Assembly (NCBI GenBank): GCA_026988015.1
Contig: JALSMA010000001.1
Coordinates: 11,156-75,155 of the forward strand
Length of the DNA stretch: 64,000 bases
From: Desulfobulbaceae bacterium
Lineage (GTDB): Bacteria > Desulfobacterota > Desulfobulbia > Desulfobulbales > Desulfocapsaceae
Direction: 5' to 3'
Shown here: one piece after another, positions 28,626 through 37,615 of the stretch
How the letters are laid out: the number at the start of each line of letters is the position of its first letter
Numbering within the stretch: the first letter of the stretch is position 1
Notes under the pieces: generated by a model
Database searches by the model: none
What the model was told of the DNA's origin: nothing
Seen by the model: the letters and a program-made list of their open reading frames with translations, nothing else
Made by a program: the position numbers and the translations under genes

Positions 28626-29798
28626 ATGATTCTTGAAAAGAAAATCGACTCAAAATATATAACCTTTGGCCCTCAGGAAATTCTCTTTGTTGTCCTCGCC
28701 ATCATCAGTATGATTGGCCTCTCCTTCGGAGCTCATGCACTGTTGGTCGGACATGACAACGTCTTTGGCACCAGCCGTGAAATCCCGTGGGGAATCCTCA
28801 TCAGCCCCTATGTATTCTTTGCCTGCCTCTCAACAGGGCTTTGCATCGTCTTATCACTTGGTCAGATCTTTAACATTGAGGTCTTCAAACCAATCATCAA
28901 CCGTACAGCATTCCTGTCCCTGGTCACCATGGCAACAGGACTTATGTGCATTACTCTTGAGCTTGAGAACCCCTGGAGAGTCCCTTTTTTCGCCCTGCTC
29001 TCCCCACATCCGGCATCAAACATCTGGTGGAAAACCACGATTTACAGCCTCTTTATGATCTTCATGGTATTCAACCTGCTCTCTCTTTTTATGAAGAATG
29101 AGAAAAAGGCTAGAATTTTCTCCATTATAGCCCTTCTTACCGTGACCATGGGAAACCTGAACATGAACTCCGATATGGCCATTCTGGGTGGACGCGGTTT
29201 CTGGAGTGAGAATTACATGCCCCTCTACTTCCTCACACTCTCCACTCTCACCGGCTGTGCCGCAATCCTGCTCTTTACCTGGATAGCCAATAAACTCAAC
29301 AAAGAGACACCAACTGAGGCTGAAAACAATGCGTTGCGGGCCACTTCACGCCTCTTTTTAGCTCTGCTGGTTGGACTTCTCTATTTCACAGGCGTGAAGA
29401 TCATGGGAGGCTTTTACCCTGAGTTCACAAAAAACCCCGAAGCCATGTACCTCCTGGTCCAGGGCAACTTCGCCCCTAACTTCTGGATAGGCGAAGTGAT
29501 ACTGGCCGTTATTCTGCCAATACTCCTGGTATTGCTTTCAAGGGGAAGAAACAAAGGAATGCTTGCAATCGCCAGTATATCCTGCCTGGTAGGAACCTTT
29601 ACACTCTACTACCACCTGGTCATCGTCGGACAGCTCATCCCACATTACTTTCAGTTCAATGTAGTTGGTCTGCCCCAGTATTACTCATACACACCCAGTC
29701 TCCATGAAAGCATGATCACCGTTGGAGCAATCTTCTTTTTCCTTGCCGCTTTTGTATTTGGCGAAATACTTTTCAGGAAGATTAATTTCGGTAAATAG
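28626..29798 (+). CDS. NrfD/PsrC/DsrP-type polytopic quinone-interacting membrane subunit
   Basis: 390 aa and about 10 TM helices, directly downstream of the NrfC-type gene. This is the typical NrfCD pairing. Confidence 0.8.
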   Translation: MILEKKIDSKYITFGPQEILFVVLAIISMIGLSFGAHALLVGHDNVFGTSREIPWGILISPYVFFACLSTGLCIVLSLGQIFNIEVFKPIINRTAFLSLVTMATGLMCITLELENPWRVPFFALLSPHPASNIWWKTTIYSLFMIFMVFNLLSLFMKNEKKARIFSIIALLTVTMGNLNMNSDMAILGGRGFWSENYMPLYFLTLSTLTGCAAILLFTWIANKLNKETPTEAENNALRATSRLFLALLVGLLYFTGVKIMGGFYPEFTKNPEAMYLLVQGNFAPNFWIGEVILAVILPILLVLLSRGRNKGMLAIASISCLVGTFTLYYHLVIVGQLIPHYFQFNVVGLPQYYSYTPSLHESMITVGAIFFFLAAFVFGEILFRKINFGK

Positions 29799-29814
29799 CA
29801 GGAGGAATACCAGT

Positions 29815-30963
29815 TCAGTCCCTGCGTGAGGAACCATCTTGCAGCTTTTTGAACAGAACACTGAACTGTTTTTCAAATTCGGATCGGTTTTTATTGCTAC
29901 CCCCGGCAAAAAAAACACTGGTTCCTTCTCCTTCCCCTTGGAGAAGGAGCCAGATCCGTCTGTGAGAAATAAAAAAACTGAGAACCAATCCCACGACCAT
30001 CAGTAAACATCCCAGATAGACAAGCCAGACGCCAGGATCTTTCGTTACCTGCAGTCCTGTTCCATACATCTGTTTTACTCTCAGCAGATACCGGCCACTT
30101 CCCAATTGTACAGTCTTTGACTGACCATCGTCGAGCCATACTGTAACAGGTTCGTCACTTTCATTGGAAAGCCATACTTTCACCTTTATTACTGACTGCC
30201 CTCTCACCTCGCCATTAATGATGCCAAAGGAAAGGTTTTCCTGTTGCCACTGCTGTTCTTTCTGAAACGGGATGATAACGTTTATCATCTCATCAGTATC
30301 AATATTGTTCAACTGAAGTTGAAATTCATTATAACCTTCATATGTTGCCTGGTAGAAGGTGATACCCCGGTACTTCAGTGGTGCATTAACCTCTATCTCT
30401 TTACTGAGTTGCTCTCGACCAGACGCAATTACAGTAAGCCTGCTCCTGTAATCTTTAACCATACCATCAGGATAAAATTCGATATCAAAAGACTCACAGC
30501 GCAATGTGAAACCAAGATCCATGGTGGATCGACCGTCACCCACAAAGATTACCCCCGTCTCCTCATCCACCGGGATCATGACATTTCCTCTAAATCCAAG
30601 AAAACTCCCGATAACTGCGCCGAGAACTATGAGAAGTATAGAGCTATGAACACTATATACTCCAGCCCTGCTATACGCACCTTTCTGAGAGAATATACGA
30701 ACATCTCTCTCCCCGTCGTGACTAAGCGAACTGTTCCATCCCAAACGACAAAGCCTTTTCTGCAACAATTCAGCGCTATCTCCAAGAGACAACGGTAAAG
30801 TCCAGGATCCCTGCAGCTTCTTTCTCTTAATGTGTTCATCGGGAACAGTCAGACCATCCATGGTAATCTGTCTCCAGACACCAGGGAACCTCTCCAGACT
30901 GCAGACAATAAGATTGGCGCAAAGAACACCAAGGAGTCCCATGAACCAGAAGGAATGATACAT
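29815..30963 (-). CDS. resB: cytochrome c biogenesis protein ResB/Ccs1 (System II); the listed ORF lacks the conserved N-terminal helix
   Basis: 'SFWFMGLLGVLCANLIVCSLERFP' and a large soluble domain plus a C-terminal TM. The conserved ResB N-terminus 'FFSSVRLAILTLFLLAATSVIGTLLPQ' is encoded in frame upstream (about 31040-31125) without any ATG/GTG/TTG. See the finding at 30964-31215. Confidence 0.75.
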   Translation of the reverse strand: MYHSFWFMGLLGVLCANLIVCSLERFPGVWRQITMDGLTVPDEHIKRKKLQGSWTLPLSLGDSAELLQKRLCRLGWNSSLSHDGERDVRIFSQKGAYSRAGVYSVHSSILLIVLGAVIGSFLGFRGNVMIPVDEETGVIFVGDGRSTMDLGFTLRCESFDIEFYPDGMVKDYRSRLTVIASGREQLSKEIEVNAPLKYRGITFYQATYEGYNEFQLQLNNIDTDEMINVIIPFQKEQQWQQENLSFGIINGEVRGQSVIKVKVWLSNESDEPVTVWLDDGQSKTVQLGSGRYLLRVKQMYGTGLQVTKDPGVWLVYLGCLLMVVGLVLSFFISHRRIWLLLQGEGEGTSVFFAGGSNKNRSEFEKQFSVLFKKLQDGSSRRD

Positions 30964-31212
30964 ATCAGAGAGATTACAAATATCAATAATATACGCCGTA
31001 ACGGAGCCATACTCATCAGCGTACCAGTCAGCACTTTTATTTTGGGGAAGAAGGGTTCCGATAACAGACGTTGCGGCGAGAAGAAACAGGGTCAGAATTG
31101 CCAGACGAACTGAAGAAAAAAAGGCCCAGCCATGAGGTGTCTGTTTGCAGTCTGATGTTTTGATAATTTTGGAAAACCGGTTGTTTCTGGTTAGTAAAAG
31201 ACTGTATATCTT

Positions 31213-33144
31213 TTATCTCTTCTTACGGAGTATACGGATATCACCAACTCGGATGGTGAGTTTAATACGATCAAAATATTCAAGCAGAGGGATAGAGAAC
31301 TTTCGGGTCAATCCGGTGAGATTCTTAAAGCGAGGCGCATCAATCTCACCCTCTTTTTCTATAAATTCAGAAACTTGCAGTGCCAGCAATTCGATAGCTG
31401 CAGCATCATAATAAAGGGTTTCACTCACCTTCACGAGCTTTTCTTCTCTCAATAACAGTGCGAAAACCTCTTTCACCAGTGATACTGGATAATCGCTGAA
31501 ATGCTCCAGGGTCTCACGCATGGTTGCAGGAGCCAGCTTTTTCTTAGAATACCAGACCTCAAGATCCTTCTGAAGCTGTTTTTCATCTGCCTGGAGGGCT
31601 ACCTGATGGGAGACAAGTCGCACTGCCGAATCCTCCTGTACCACCAGACCTTTTTTCCGAAGTTCTGAAAGACAGAAGTGGAAGACTTTCTGATCCACAT
31701 TTTTACCAAGTCCTGAACGCAACTCCTCCTTTGAAAGGCCAGCCTGCAGCGGGTTTTCACGATGAAACTGTTCCAGATTACCAAGCATGGACTGCTCCAC
31801 CCTGTCTGTCACTGTTTTATCAAGGTAACGCTGTGTTGCCGAGTCTACAACAACAATTTTCCGGGACGAAAGAGGAGCTGTTATGATCTTTTTAAGTGAC
31901 TTGCCAAATACCCCCAAACGTACCGCAAGTTCATCAAAAGTCAGCCCCTGTATTCCCCGCTCCCTGAGAAAAAGTAGAATTTTACTCTCCACATTTTCCC
32001 CGGTCAGAATCTCAAAGGTCTTCACGTTTTCTTCCCGATCCCGTTCTGTAAGACGTTTCCGTTTTCGAGGTGGCATATTCCCCAAGACTTCACCACCACC
32101 GATAGTAGCAACAGGAGAATAGGATCGCACCACATAACGATCTCCAGGCCATACTGCAACGGCCTCCTCCAGAAGAATCTGGACACCGACGGACTCTCCA
32201 GGCTGCAAGAGATCACGATCAAGGATGGAAATACGTCCCATTATTTCAGCCGTTCCGAGATGAACGCGAACACGGGCCCGATGTTTCAGGGGCTTGGTAT
32301 TTGAGGCAAGATATAGAAATCCACAATCCAGCATATAGCCAGGCAGCAGGGTACCAGGAGTAGCAGCAACCATACCCCGGGAGACAGAAGCTGTGTCAAC
32401 ACCCTGAAGATTGATAGCTGTGCGGTGTCCAGCCTCGACGGTTTCGACGTCTGAGGAATGCACCTGTATACCACGCACCTTGGCCACCATATCCATCGGA
32501 TAGAAGCGGAGTTCGTCTCCGATGGAGACACGTCCCGACATGGAAGTTCCGGTGATGACAGCGCCAAACCCCTTTATGGCAAAAATCCGATCCACAGGGA
32601 GGCGGAACGGCCCGTGCACTTCATGGAATTCCTGACCTGCGACAAAAGAATCGAGCAAGTTGCGTATTTCATCCATGCCTTCACTAGTTACAGACGAAAC
32701 AGGAACCAATGGAGCATCTTCTAAAAAGCTACCTTCACAGTACTCGCGCACCTCTTCGGTGACCATTTCCAACCACTCTTCATCAACCATATCTTTTTTG
32801 GTGATGACAATGACACCCTGTTTCACCCCAAGCAGCCGACAAATTTCAAAGTGCTCCTGAGTCTGAGGCATGATGCCCTCGTCCGCCGCAATGATAAAGG
32901 CCACAAGGTCCATCCCTGATACCCCTGCAACCATATTCTTAACAAACTTTTCATGGCCTGGAACATCCACAATGCCAAGACGATGCCCACAGGGAAGGTC
33001 GAGGTAAGCAAAACCCAGCTCAATGGTGATGCCACGCTTTTTCTCCTCTTTCAGTCTATCGGTCTCAATACCTGTCAGAGCTCTGATAAAACTGGTTTTT
33101 CCATGATCAACATGGCCTGCAGTACCTAGAACAATTTCACGCAT
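31213..33144 (-). CDS. selB: selenocysteine-specific translation elongation factor
   Basis: GTPase motifs '[12 protein letters not shown]', 'DVPGHEKF' and 'TKKD', then a long C-terminal winged-helix extension. 643 aa, typical SelB length. Confidence 0.9.
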   Translation of the reverse strand: MREIVLGTAGHVDHGKTSFIRALTGIETDRLKEEKKRGITIELGFAYLDLPCGHRLGIVDVPGHEKFVKNMVAGVSGMDLVAFIIAADEGIMPQTQEHFEICRLLGVKQGVIVITKKDMVDEEWLEMVTEEVREYCEGSFLEDAPLVPVSSVTSEGMDEIRNLLDSFVAGQEFHEVHGPFRLPVDRIFAIKGFGAVITGTSMSGRVSIGDELRFYPMDMVAKVRGIQVHSSDVETVEAGHRTAINLQGVDTASVSRGMVAATPGTLLPGYMLDCGFLYLASNTKPLKHRARVRVHLGTAEIMGRISILDRDLLQPGESVGVQILLEEAVAVWPGDRYVVRSYSPVATIGGGEVLGNMPPRKRKRLTERDREENVKTFEILTGENVESKILLFLRERGIQGLTFDELAVRLGVFGKSLKKIITAPLSSRKIVVVDSATQRYLDKTVTDRVEQSMLGNLEQFHRENPLQAGLSKEELRSGLGKNVDQKVFHFCLSELRKKGLVVQEDSAVRLVSHQVALQADEKQLQKDLEVWYSKKKLAPATMRETLEHFSDYPVSLVKEVFALLLREEKLVKVSETLYYDAAAIELLALQVSEFIEKEGEIDAPRFKNLTGLTRKFSIPLLEYFDRIKLTIRVGDIRILRKKR

Positions 33145-33172
33145 AGGATAAGGTCACAAAAAGATGAAGGAA

Positions 33173-33802
33173 TCAGGTCAGATAGGGATTGGAACGTGCC
33201 TCTTCTTCGATGGTTGAACGAGACCCTCCATAGCCATGTCCCGGCCAGACGATAGTTTCAGGCGGCAGAGTGAGTAGCTTCTCCCGGATACCGGAGATCA
33301 GCTCATCATGAGAACCTCCGGGGAAATCTGTACGACCGATCCCTCCCACAAAAAGAGAGTCACCAGTGATCAGATCAGGGGCACAATAGAGGCAGATACC
33401 TCCAGGCGTATGCCCCGGAGTGTGTATCACCTGCAGAGTTTCATTACCCACGGCTATCACATCACCGTGTTTCACAATACGATCAGCGGGTGGAGAAGAT
33501 TCAAGGCCAAGCATCGAAAAATATTTCTCTACCTCAGGCCGCCCAAAAAACTCCACATCATCCTCATGCATGATGATATCAGCACCACTTGCCTCTTTCA
33601 GCGTTCTGTTTCCACAAACGTGATCAGGATGCCCGTGGGTGGCAATGATACTGTCAATCACGAGCCCAGCATCTTTTACTTCCTGCAGGATTCTCTTCTC
33701 ATCACCACCCGGGTCTATCACTGCACAGAGAGAGGTTTCAGAGCAGCCGACAATGTAGCAACAGACGCCCATAGACCCAACAGTTATTTGTTTTAAAAAC
33801 AT
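33173..33802 (-). CDS. MBL-fold metallo-hydrolase (glyoxalase II-like)
   Basis: 'THGHPDHVCGN', 'HTPGHTPGG' and 'GDSLFVGGIGRTDFPGG'. Confidence 0.8.
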   Translation of the reverse strand: MFLKQITVGSMGVCCYIVGCSETSLCAVIDPGGDEKRILQEVKDAGLVIDSIIATHGHPDHVCGNRTLKEASGADIIMHEDDVEFFGRPEVEKYFSMLGLESSPPADRIVKHGDVIAVGNETLQVIHTPGHTPGGICLYCAPDLITGDSLFVGGIGRTDFPGGSHDELISGIREKLLTLPPETIVWPGHGYGGSRSTIEEEARSNPYLT

Positions 33803-33902
33803 AAGATTATAAATACAAAGGTTAACGACTTCAGACTGGTGAGAAAGAGCAGGTTTTTTATACGGTCCTGCTCACTTCCCAGACAGCCTGACACAAAAGA
33901 TA

Positions 33903-34892
33903 TCAGCAGTCGCAGGTATCAGGGTTACAGGTTCCACCGCAACCACAATCAGATTCAGAATCGCCGGAAGCCATATTGAGGGTCACAGGCGCCGCAACAG
34001 GAGGCATACGTAATTCAACACCGTCTACAATCTTAGAGAACGCCTCGGTTGCAGGACTCTTAGCATCGGATGAGAGGTAAGGAACCCCGTCATCACCTGC
34101 GATAACAACCTTGGGATCCATTGGAACCGCCCCAAGGAATGCCAGCTCAAATTCACGAGCTATCTCTTCACCACCACCAGTCTTAAAAATATCTACTGTT
34201 GCATTACACTCAGGACAGACAAAACCGGACATATTCTCAACCACGCCAACAACCTCCATTTCTACAGTTTTGCAGAAATTAAGAGATTTACGCACATCAG
34301 CAAGGGCTACTTTCTGAGGTGTGGTAACAACCAGCGCTTTGACACCAGGAATAGTCTGAGCAACCGAAAGGGGTTCGTCACCAGTACCTGGGGGAGCATC
34401 AATAACGAGGTAGTCAAGTTCTCCCCAGTCCATATCAGCAACAAACTGACGTATTGCCTGAATCTTGAGGGGACCACGCCAGATAATAGCCTCGTCACGA
34501 TCTTTCATCATGTATTCCAATGAAACAACTTTCAAGTTGTCGTTGTATTCAAGGGGTGGCACAAGATCATCAGGGTTTTCTGGTGCTTCAAGACTTCCTT
34601 TCAGATTGAGCATCCTGATAACATCGGGACCATGGAGATCCACATCCATCAGGCCGACCTTGTGACCCCGAGCCGCAAGGCCAAGAGCAAGATTTACAGA
34701 TACAGTGGATTTACCAACGCCACCCTTGCCGCTCATCACCAGAATTTTATTTTTGATCTTCCCAAGAGACCGGGTAATAGCATTGTCCTGCTGTGCCATC
34801 TGGGCCTGTTGAGACTCTTTGCTGCTTCCGCAGCTACCACTTGAGCAGGAACTTCCTGAACCGCATGAACTCATAACATCCTCCTGTAACAT
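33903..34892 (-). CDS. Mrp/ApbC/NBP35-family Fe-S cluster carrier ATPase with Cys-rich termini
   Basis: Deviant Walker A 'SGKGGVGKST', 'IDAPPGTGDE' and the CXXC 'CPEC'. The N-terminus is 'SSCGSGSSCSSGSCGSS' and the C-terminus is 'DCGCGGTCNPDTCDC'. Confidence 0.85.
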   Translation of the reverse strand: MLQEDVMSSCGSGSSCSSGSCGSSKESQQAQMAQQDNAITRSLGKIKNKILVMSGKGGVGKSTVSVNLALGLAARGHKVGLMDVDLHGPDVIRMLNLKGSLEAPENPDDLVPPLEYNDNLKVVSLEYMMKDRDEAIIWRGPLKIQAIRQFVADMDWGELDYLVIDAPPGTGDEPLSVAQTIPGVKALVVTTPQKVALADVRKSLNFCKTVEMEVVGVVENMSGFVCPECNATVDIFKTGGGEEIAREFELAFLGAVPMDPKVVIAGDDGVPYLSSDAKSPATEAFSKIVDGVELRMPPVAAPVTLNMASGDSESDCGCGGTCNPDTCDC

Positions 34893-34907
34893 ATATAAAA
34901 AAAATTT

Positions 34908-35060
34908 ATGGCGTCGTAAAAATTCTTCACCTACTTCGTTGCTTCGTTTTTTTTATTTAATTACGATACACCCTGATAGGTAAAATTAAACAAAAAATGC
35001 GTGCCTCACGCCCCCAGAAAGTACTCTTGGGGTGCATCTGAAGCTTTTCACTTAACCATC
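34908..35060 (+). repeat. dispersed intergenic repeat, copy B
   Basis: It shares the same three conserved blocks with copy A (10785-10945). It starts 16 nt from the mrp-like start codon. Confidence 0.6.
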
Positions 35061-35497
35061 GGTTATTTTATCTTTCCACAAGCTTATCAAATGTAAAAGA
35101 TAGTATTTTCAGTATGTTTGCACAAAGATCACAACCACAAATGGAACGCCGTCCCGCTGGCCACAATCAAGGCATACAGTAATGCTGTTCTCTGGAAAAG
35201 CAAATATTTTCCACTGCGGCCAGCCACCATCACACATTATTATTTATGATGTCTCAATTCTCTGTCTGTTTTTATTGCTTTCTTCAAGATCTGGCCGTAA
35301 TATGAATAGTTTTTGTGACTGAAAGAAACGGGGTCAAACTAAAGACATTACCATTGAACACCCAAGGGAAGGTGAGTGTTTTTTTACTAACATACTAATT
35401 TCTAATTTCATGTTTGTATTTAATATGTTACCGAGAATAACAATCACTAAGTCATCACTGATTCAAGATTACCGCTGATCAACAAAGGATTTCGTTT

Positions 35498-36703
35498 ATG
35501 TTAGGCTGGTTTAAGAAAAAATTCTCAAAAGACAGTCCCCATGCCGACGTTACTGTAGAGCAGAACAGTCAGGATATTACCGAAAAAGCATTTGAGCCCG
35601 AGAAAGCCGCTGCTACTGACAACAATCCAGCCGCTCCCGCAGGTGACACATCTGAAGATTCGGTTTCCCTGGAATCAACCGGAAACTCCGGTACTCAACC
35701 AGAGACAGAGCCACCACAGACTACCCTACCTGCGACCGAACAGCAGGAGGGCAGCAGCTCCGGAAGGGAATCTATGTTCCAACGGCTCTCTTCCCGGCTC
35801 AACAAAACCAAAGAGTCCCTGATCTACCGAATAGACAGCCTCTTTCTCGGCAAAAAAGAGATCGACGCTGACCTTTTTGACGAACTTGAAGAAATCCTCA
35901 TCACTGCAGACATTGGCATCAACACCACCATGGAGCTCCTTGATGATGCCAGAAAAAGGGTTAAACGTGACGCCCTCTCCAACCCTATAGAACTGAAAGC
36001 GGTACTGAAGGAGAAACTGCGCTCTTTTATCACAAATTCTGACAAGGCCGCGGAACTGGTTATGCCGAAATCCGGCCCTTTTGTGATCATGGTGGTGGGT
36101 GTAAACGGAGTAGGAAAAACCACAACTATCGGAAAAATCACAAAGAAATTCAAGAACTCCGGCCAGTCCGTTCTTCTAGTGGCCGCTGACACTTTTCGCG
36201 CCGCCGCTGTAGCCCAACTCAAAATTTGGGGGGAACGCAATAACACCCAGGTTGTTTCCAAAGATGAAGGTGCCGACCCATCCGCTGTTGCCTTTGATGC
36301 GATGGACTTGGCCGTTGCAGAAGATTACGATGTGGTTATAGTAGACACTGCCGGGAGGCTGCACACCCAGGTCAACCTCATGGAGGAACTCAAAAAGATC
36401 AAGAAGGTCATGGGAAAAAGAATACCCAATGCCCCTCATGAGATCCTACTGGTACTCGATGCAACCACTGGCCAGAATGCTGTGTCACAGGCTAAACTTT
36501 TCAACGAAGCCGTTGGAATCACCGGCCTTGCACTCACTAAACTTGATGGTACAGCCAAAGGTGGTATCGTTGCCAATATCAGCCGTGAACTCGACATCCC
36601 CATCCGCTTCATCGGGATTGGTGAACAGATTGATGATCTGCGTGATTTTGACCCCGATCAATTTCTCAATGCCCTTTTTGGAGACGCTCTCTACCACCAA
36701 TAA
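35498..36703 (+). CDS. ftsY: signal recognition particle receptor
   Basis: Acidic N-terminal domain, then the NG domain '[14 protein letters not shown]', 'DTAGRLH' and '[10 protein letters not shown]'. Confidence 0.95.
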   Translation: MLGWFKKKFSKDSPHADVTVEQNSQDITEKAFEPEKAAATDNNPAAPAGDTSEDSVSLESTGNSGTQPETEPPQTTLPATEQQEGSSSGRESMFQRLSSRLNKTKESLIYRIDSLFLGKKEIDADLFDELEEILITADIGINTTMELLDDARKRVKRDALSNPIELKAVLKEKLRSFITNSDKAAELVMPKSGPFVIMVVGVNGVGKTTTIGKITKKFKNSGQSVLLVAADTFRAAAVAQLKIWGERNNTQVVSKDEGADPSAVAFDAMDLAVAEDYDVVIVDTAGRLHTQVNLMEELKKIKKVMGKRIPNAPHEILLVLDATTGQNAVSQAKLFNEAVGITGLALTKLDGTAKGGIVANISRELDIPIRFIGIGEQIDDLRDFDPDQFLNALFGDALYHQ

Positions 36704-36730
36704 CATCCCTTTTGGCCCCAAATAAAAAAA

Positions 36731-37564
36731 ATGCCATACCAAAGAAATCAACAACCAGGATGTGGAGGATGCCTCCTCATCCTGCTCCTCTTCAGCCTGC
36801 TAACAGGCGGTTTTTCTGGACTTTTAAATTTTCTTGGAGTTCTTATCTACTCTGGACTTGCTGGTATTTTAATATTTATCGGTCTTTTCTGGGGATTCAG
36901 CTACTGGATTCAGAGAAAAGTATCCGACTATGAAGCATCACAAACCGAAAGCCACAACCGTTTTGTGTGGCTCCTCATTCATACTCTGATCAACATTGCC
37001 AGGATAGACGGGGTGGTCAGCAAGGAAGAGATATCCACCATCCAGCGTTTCTTTCAATACAATCTCCGTTATGATCAGACCCGTATGTACTGGGTCAAAA
37101 ACTTGATCAAAGAGGCCGTAGACTCCCCTCAATCCCTGGAATCACTACTCCTTGAATTCCGTGACACCTTCGCCTATGAGCCAAGACTCATCCTTCTGGA
37201 ACTGATTTACCAGATCCTCTACACTAAACCGCAGGTACCCGAAGCCGAACTCAAAATGGCACGGGACATAGCAGCTTACCTGCAGATAAAGGACTACGAC
37301 AAACGTACCATTGAAGCAAAATACAAGTATGGCAGCAAACAGCAGTCGTCTTCCTACACAAACCAGAGAACGGAGGAGCACTACTATGCCATTCTCGGGC
37401 TTGAACCTGGTGCAGACTCGGATACCATCAAAAAGGCCTACCGAAAGCTCAGCATGAAATACCATCCGGATAAGGTCCGCCACCTGGGTGAGGAATTCCG
37501 TTCTGTTGCAGAAGGCAAAATGAAAGAAATCAATGCAGCCTATGATTATTTCAAAAAAAGATAA
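36731..37564 (+). CDS. djlA: DnaJ-like co-chaperone with membrane anchor and TerB-like domain
   Basis: N-terminal TM segments, a TerB-like middle '[20 protein letters not shown]' and a C-terminal J-domain '[31 protein letters not shown]'. Confidence 0.65.
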   Translation: MPYQRNQQPGCGGCLLILLLFSLLTGGFSGLLNFLGVLIYSGLAGILIFIGLFWGFSYWIQRKVSDYEASQTESHNRFVWLLIHTLINIARIDGVVSKEEISTIQRFFQYNLRYDQTRMYWVKNLIKEAVDSPQSLESLLLEFRDTFAYEPRLILLELIYQILYTKPQVPEAELKMARDIAAYLQIKDYDKRTIEAKYKYGSKQQSSSYTNQRTEEHYYAILGLEPGADSDTIKKAYRKLSMKYHPDKVRHLGEEFRSVAEGKMKEINAAYDYFKKR

Positions 37565-37615
37565 TACCCTGAGTGGATACATGAACAATCCATAAAAAAT
37601 AAGGAGTTTACCATA

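Noticed and set aside
30244-30798. 184-aa plus-strand ORF, and similar long shadow ORFs elsewhere (for example 4270-4746, 13773-14261, 27945-28496, 47820-48335, 52878-53360)
   Set aside because: All lie entirely antisense to, or out of frame within, strongly supported genes (resB, mutY, pntAA, the NrfC-like gene, the Cache kinase, tamB). They show no independent coding signals.
35156-35224. Nested stem-loops in the ftsY upstream region (GCTGGCC...GGCCAGC enclosing TGGAAAA-gcaaata-TTTTCCA)
   Set aside because: The stems are short (7 bp) and could arise by chance in a 600-nt AT-rich spacer. There is no match to any RNA family I can recognise, and no terminator-like U-tract.
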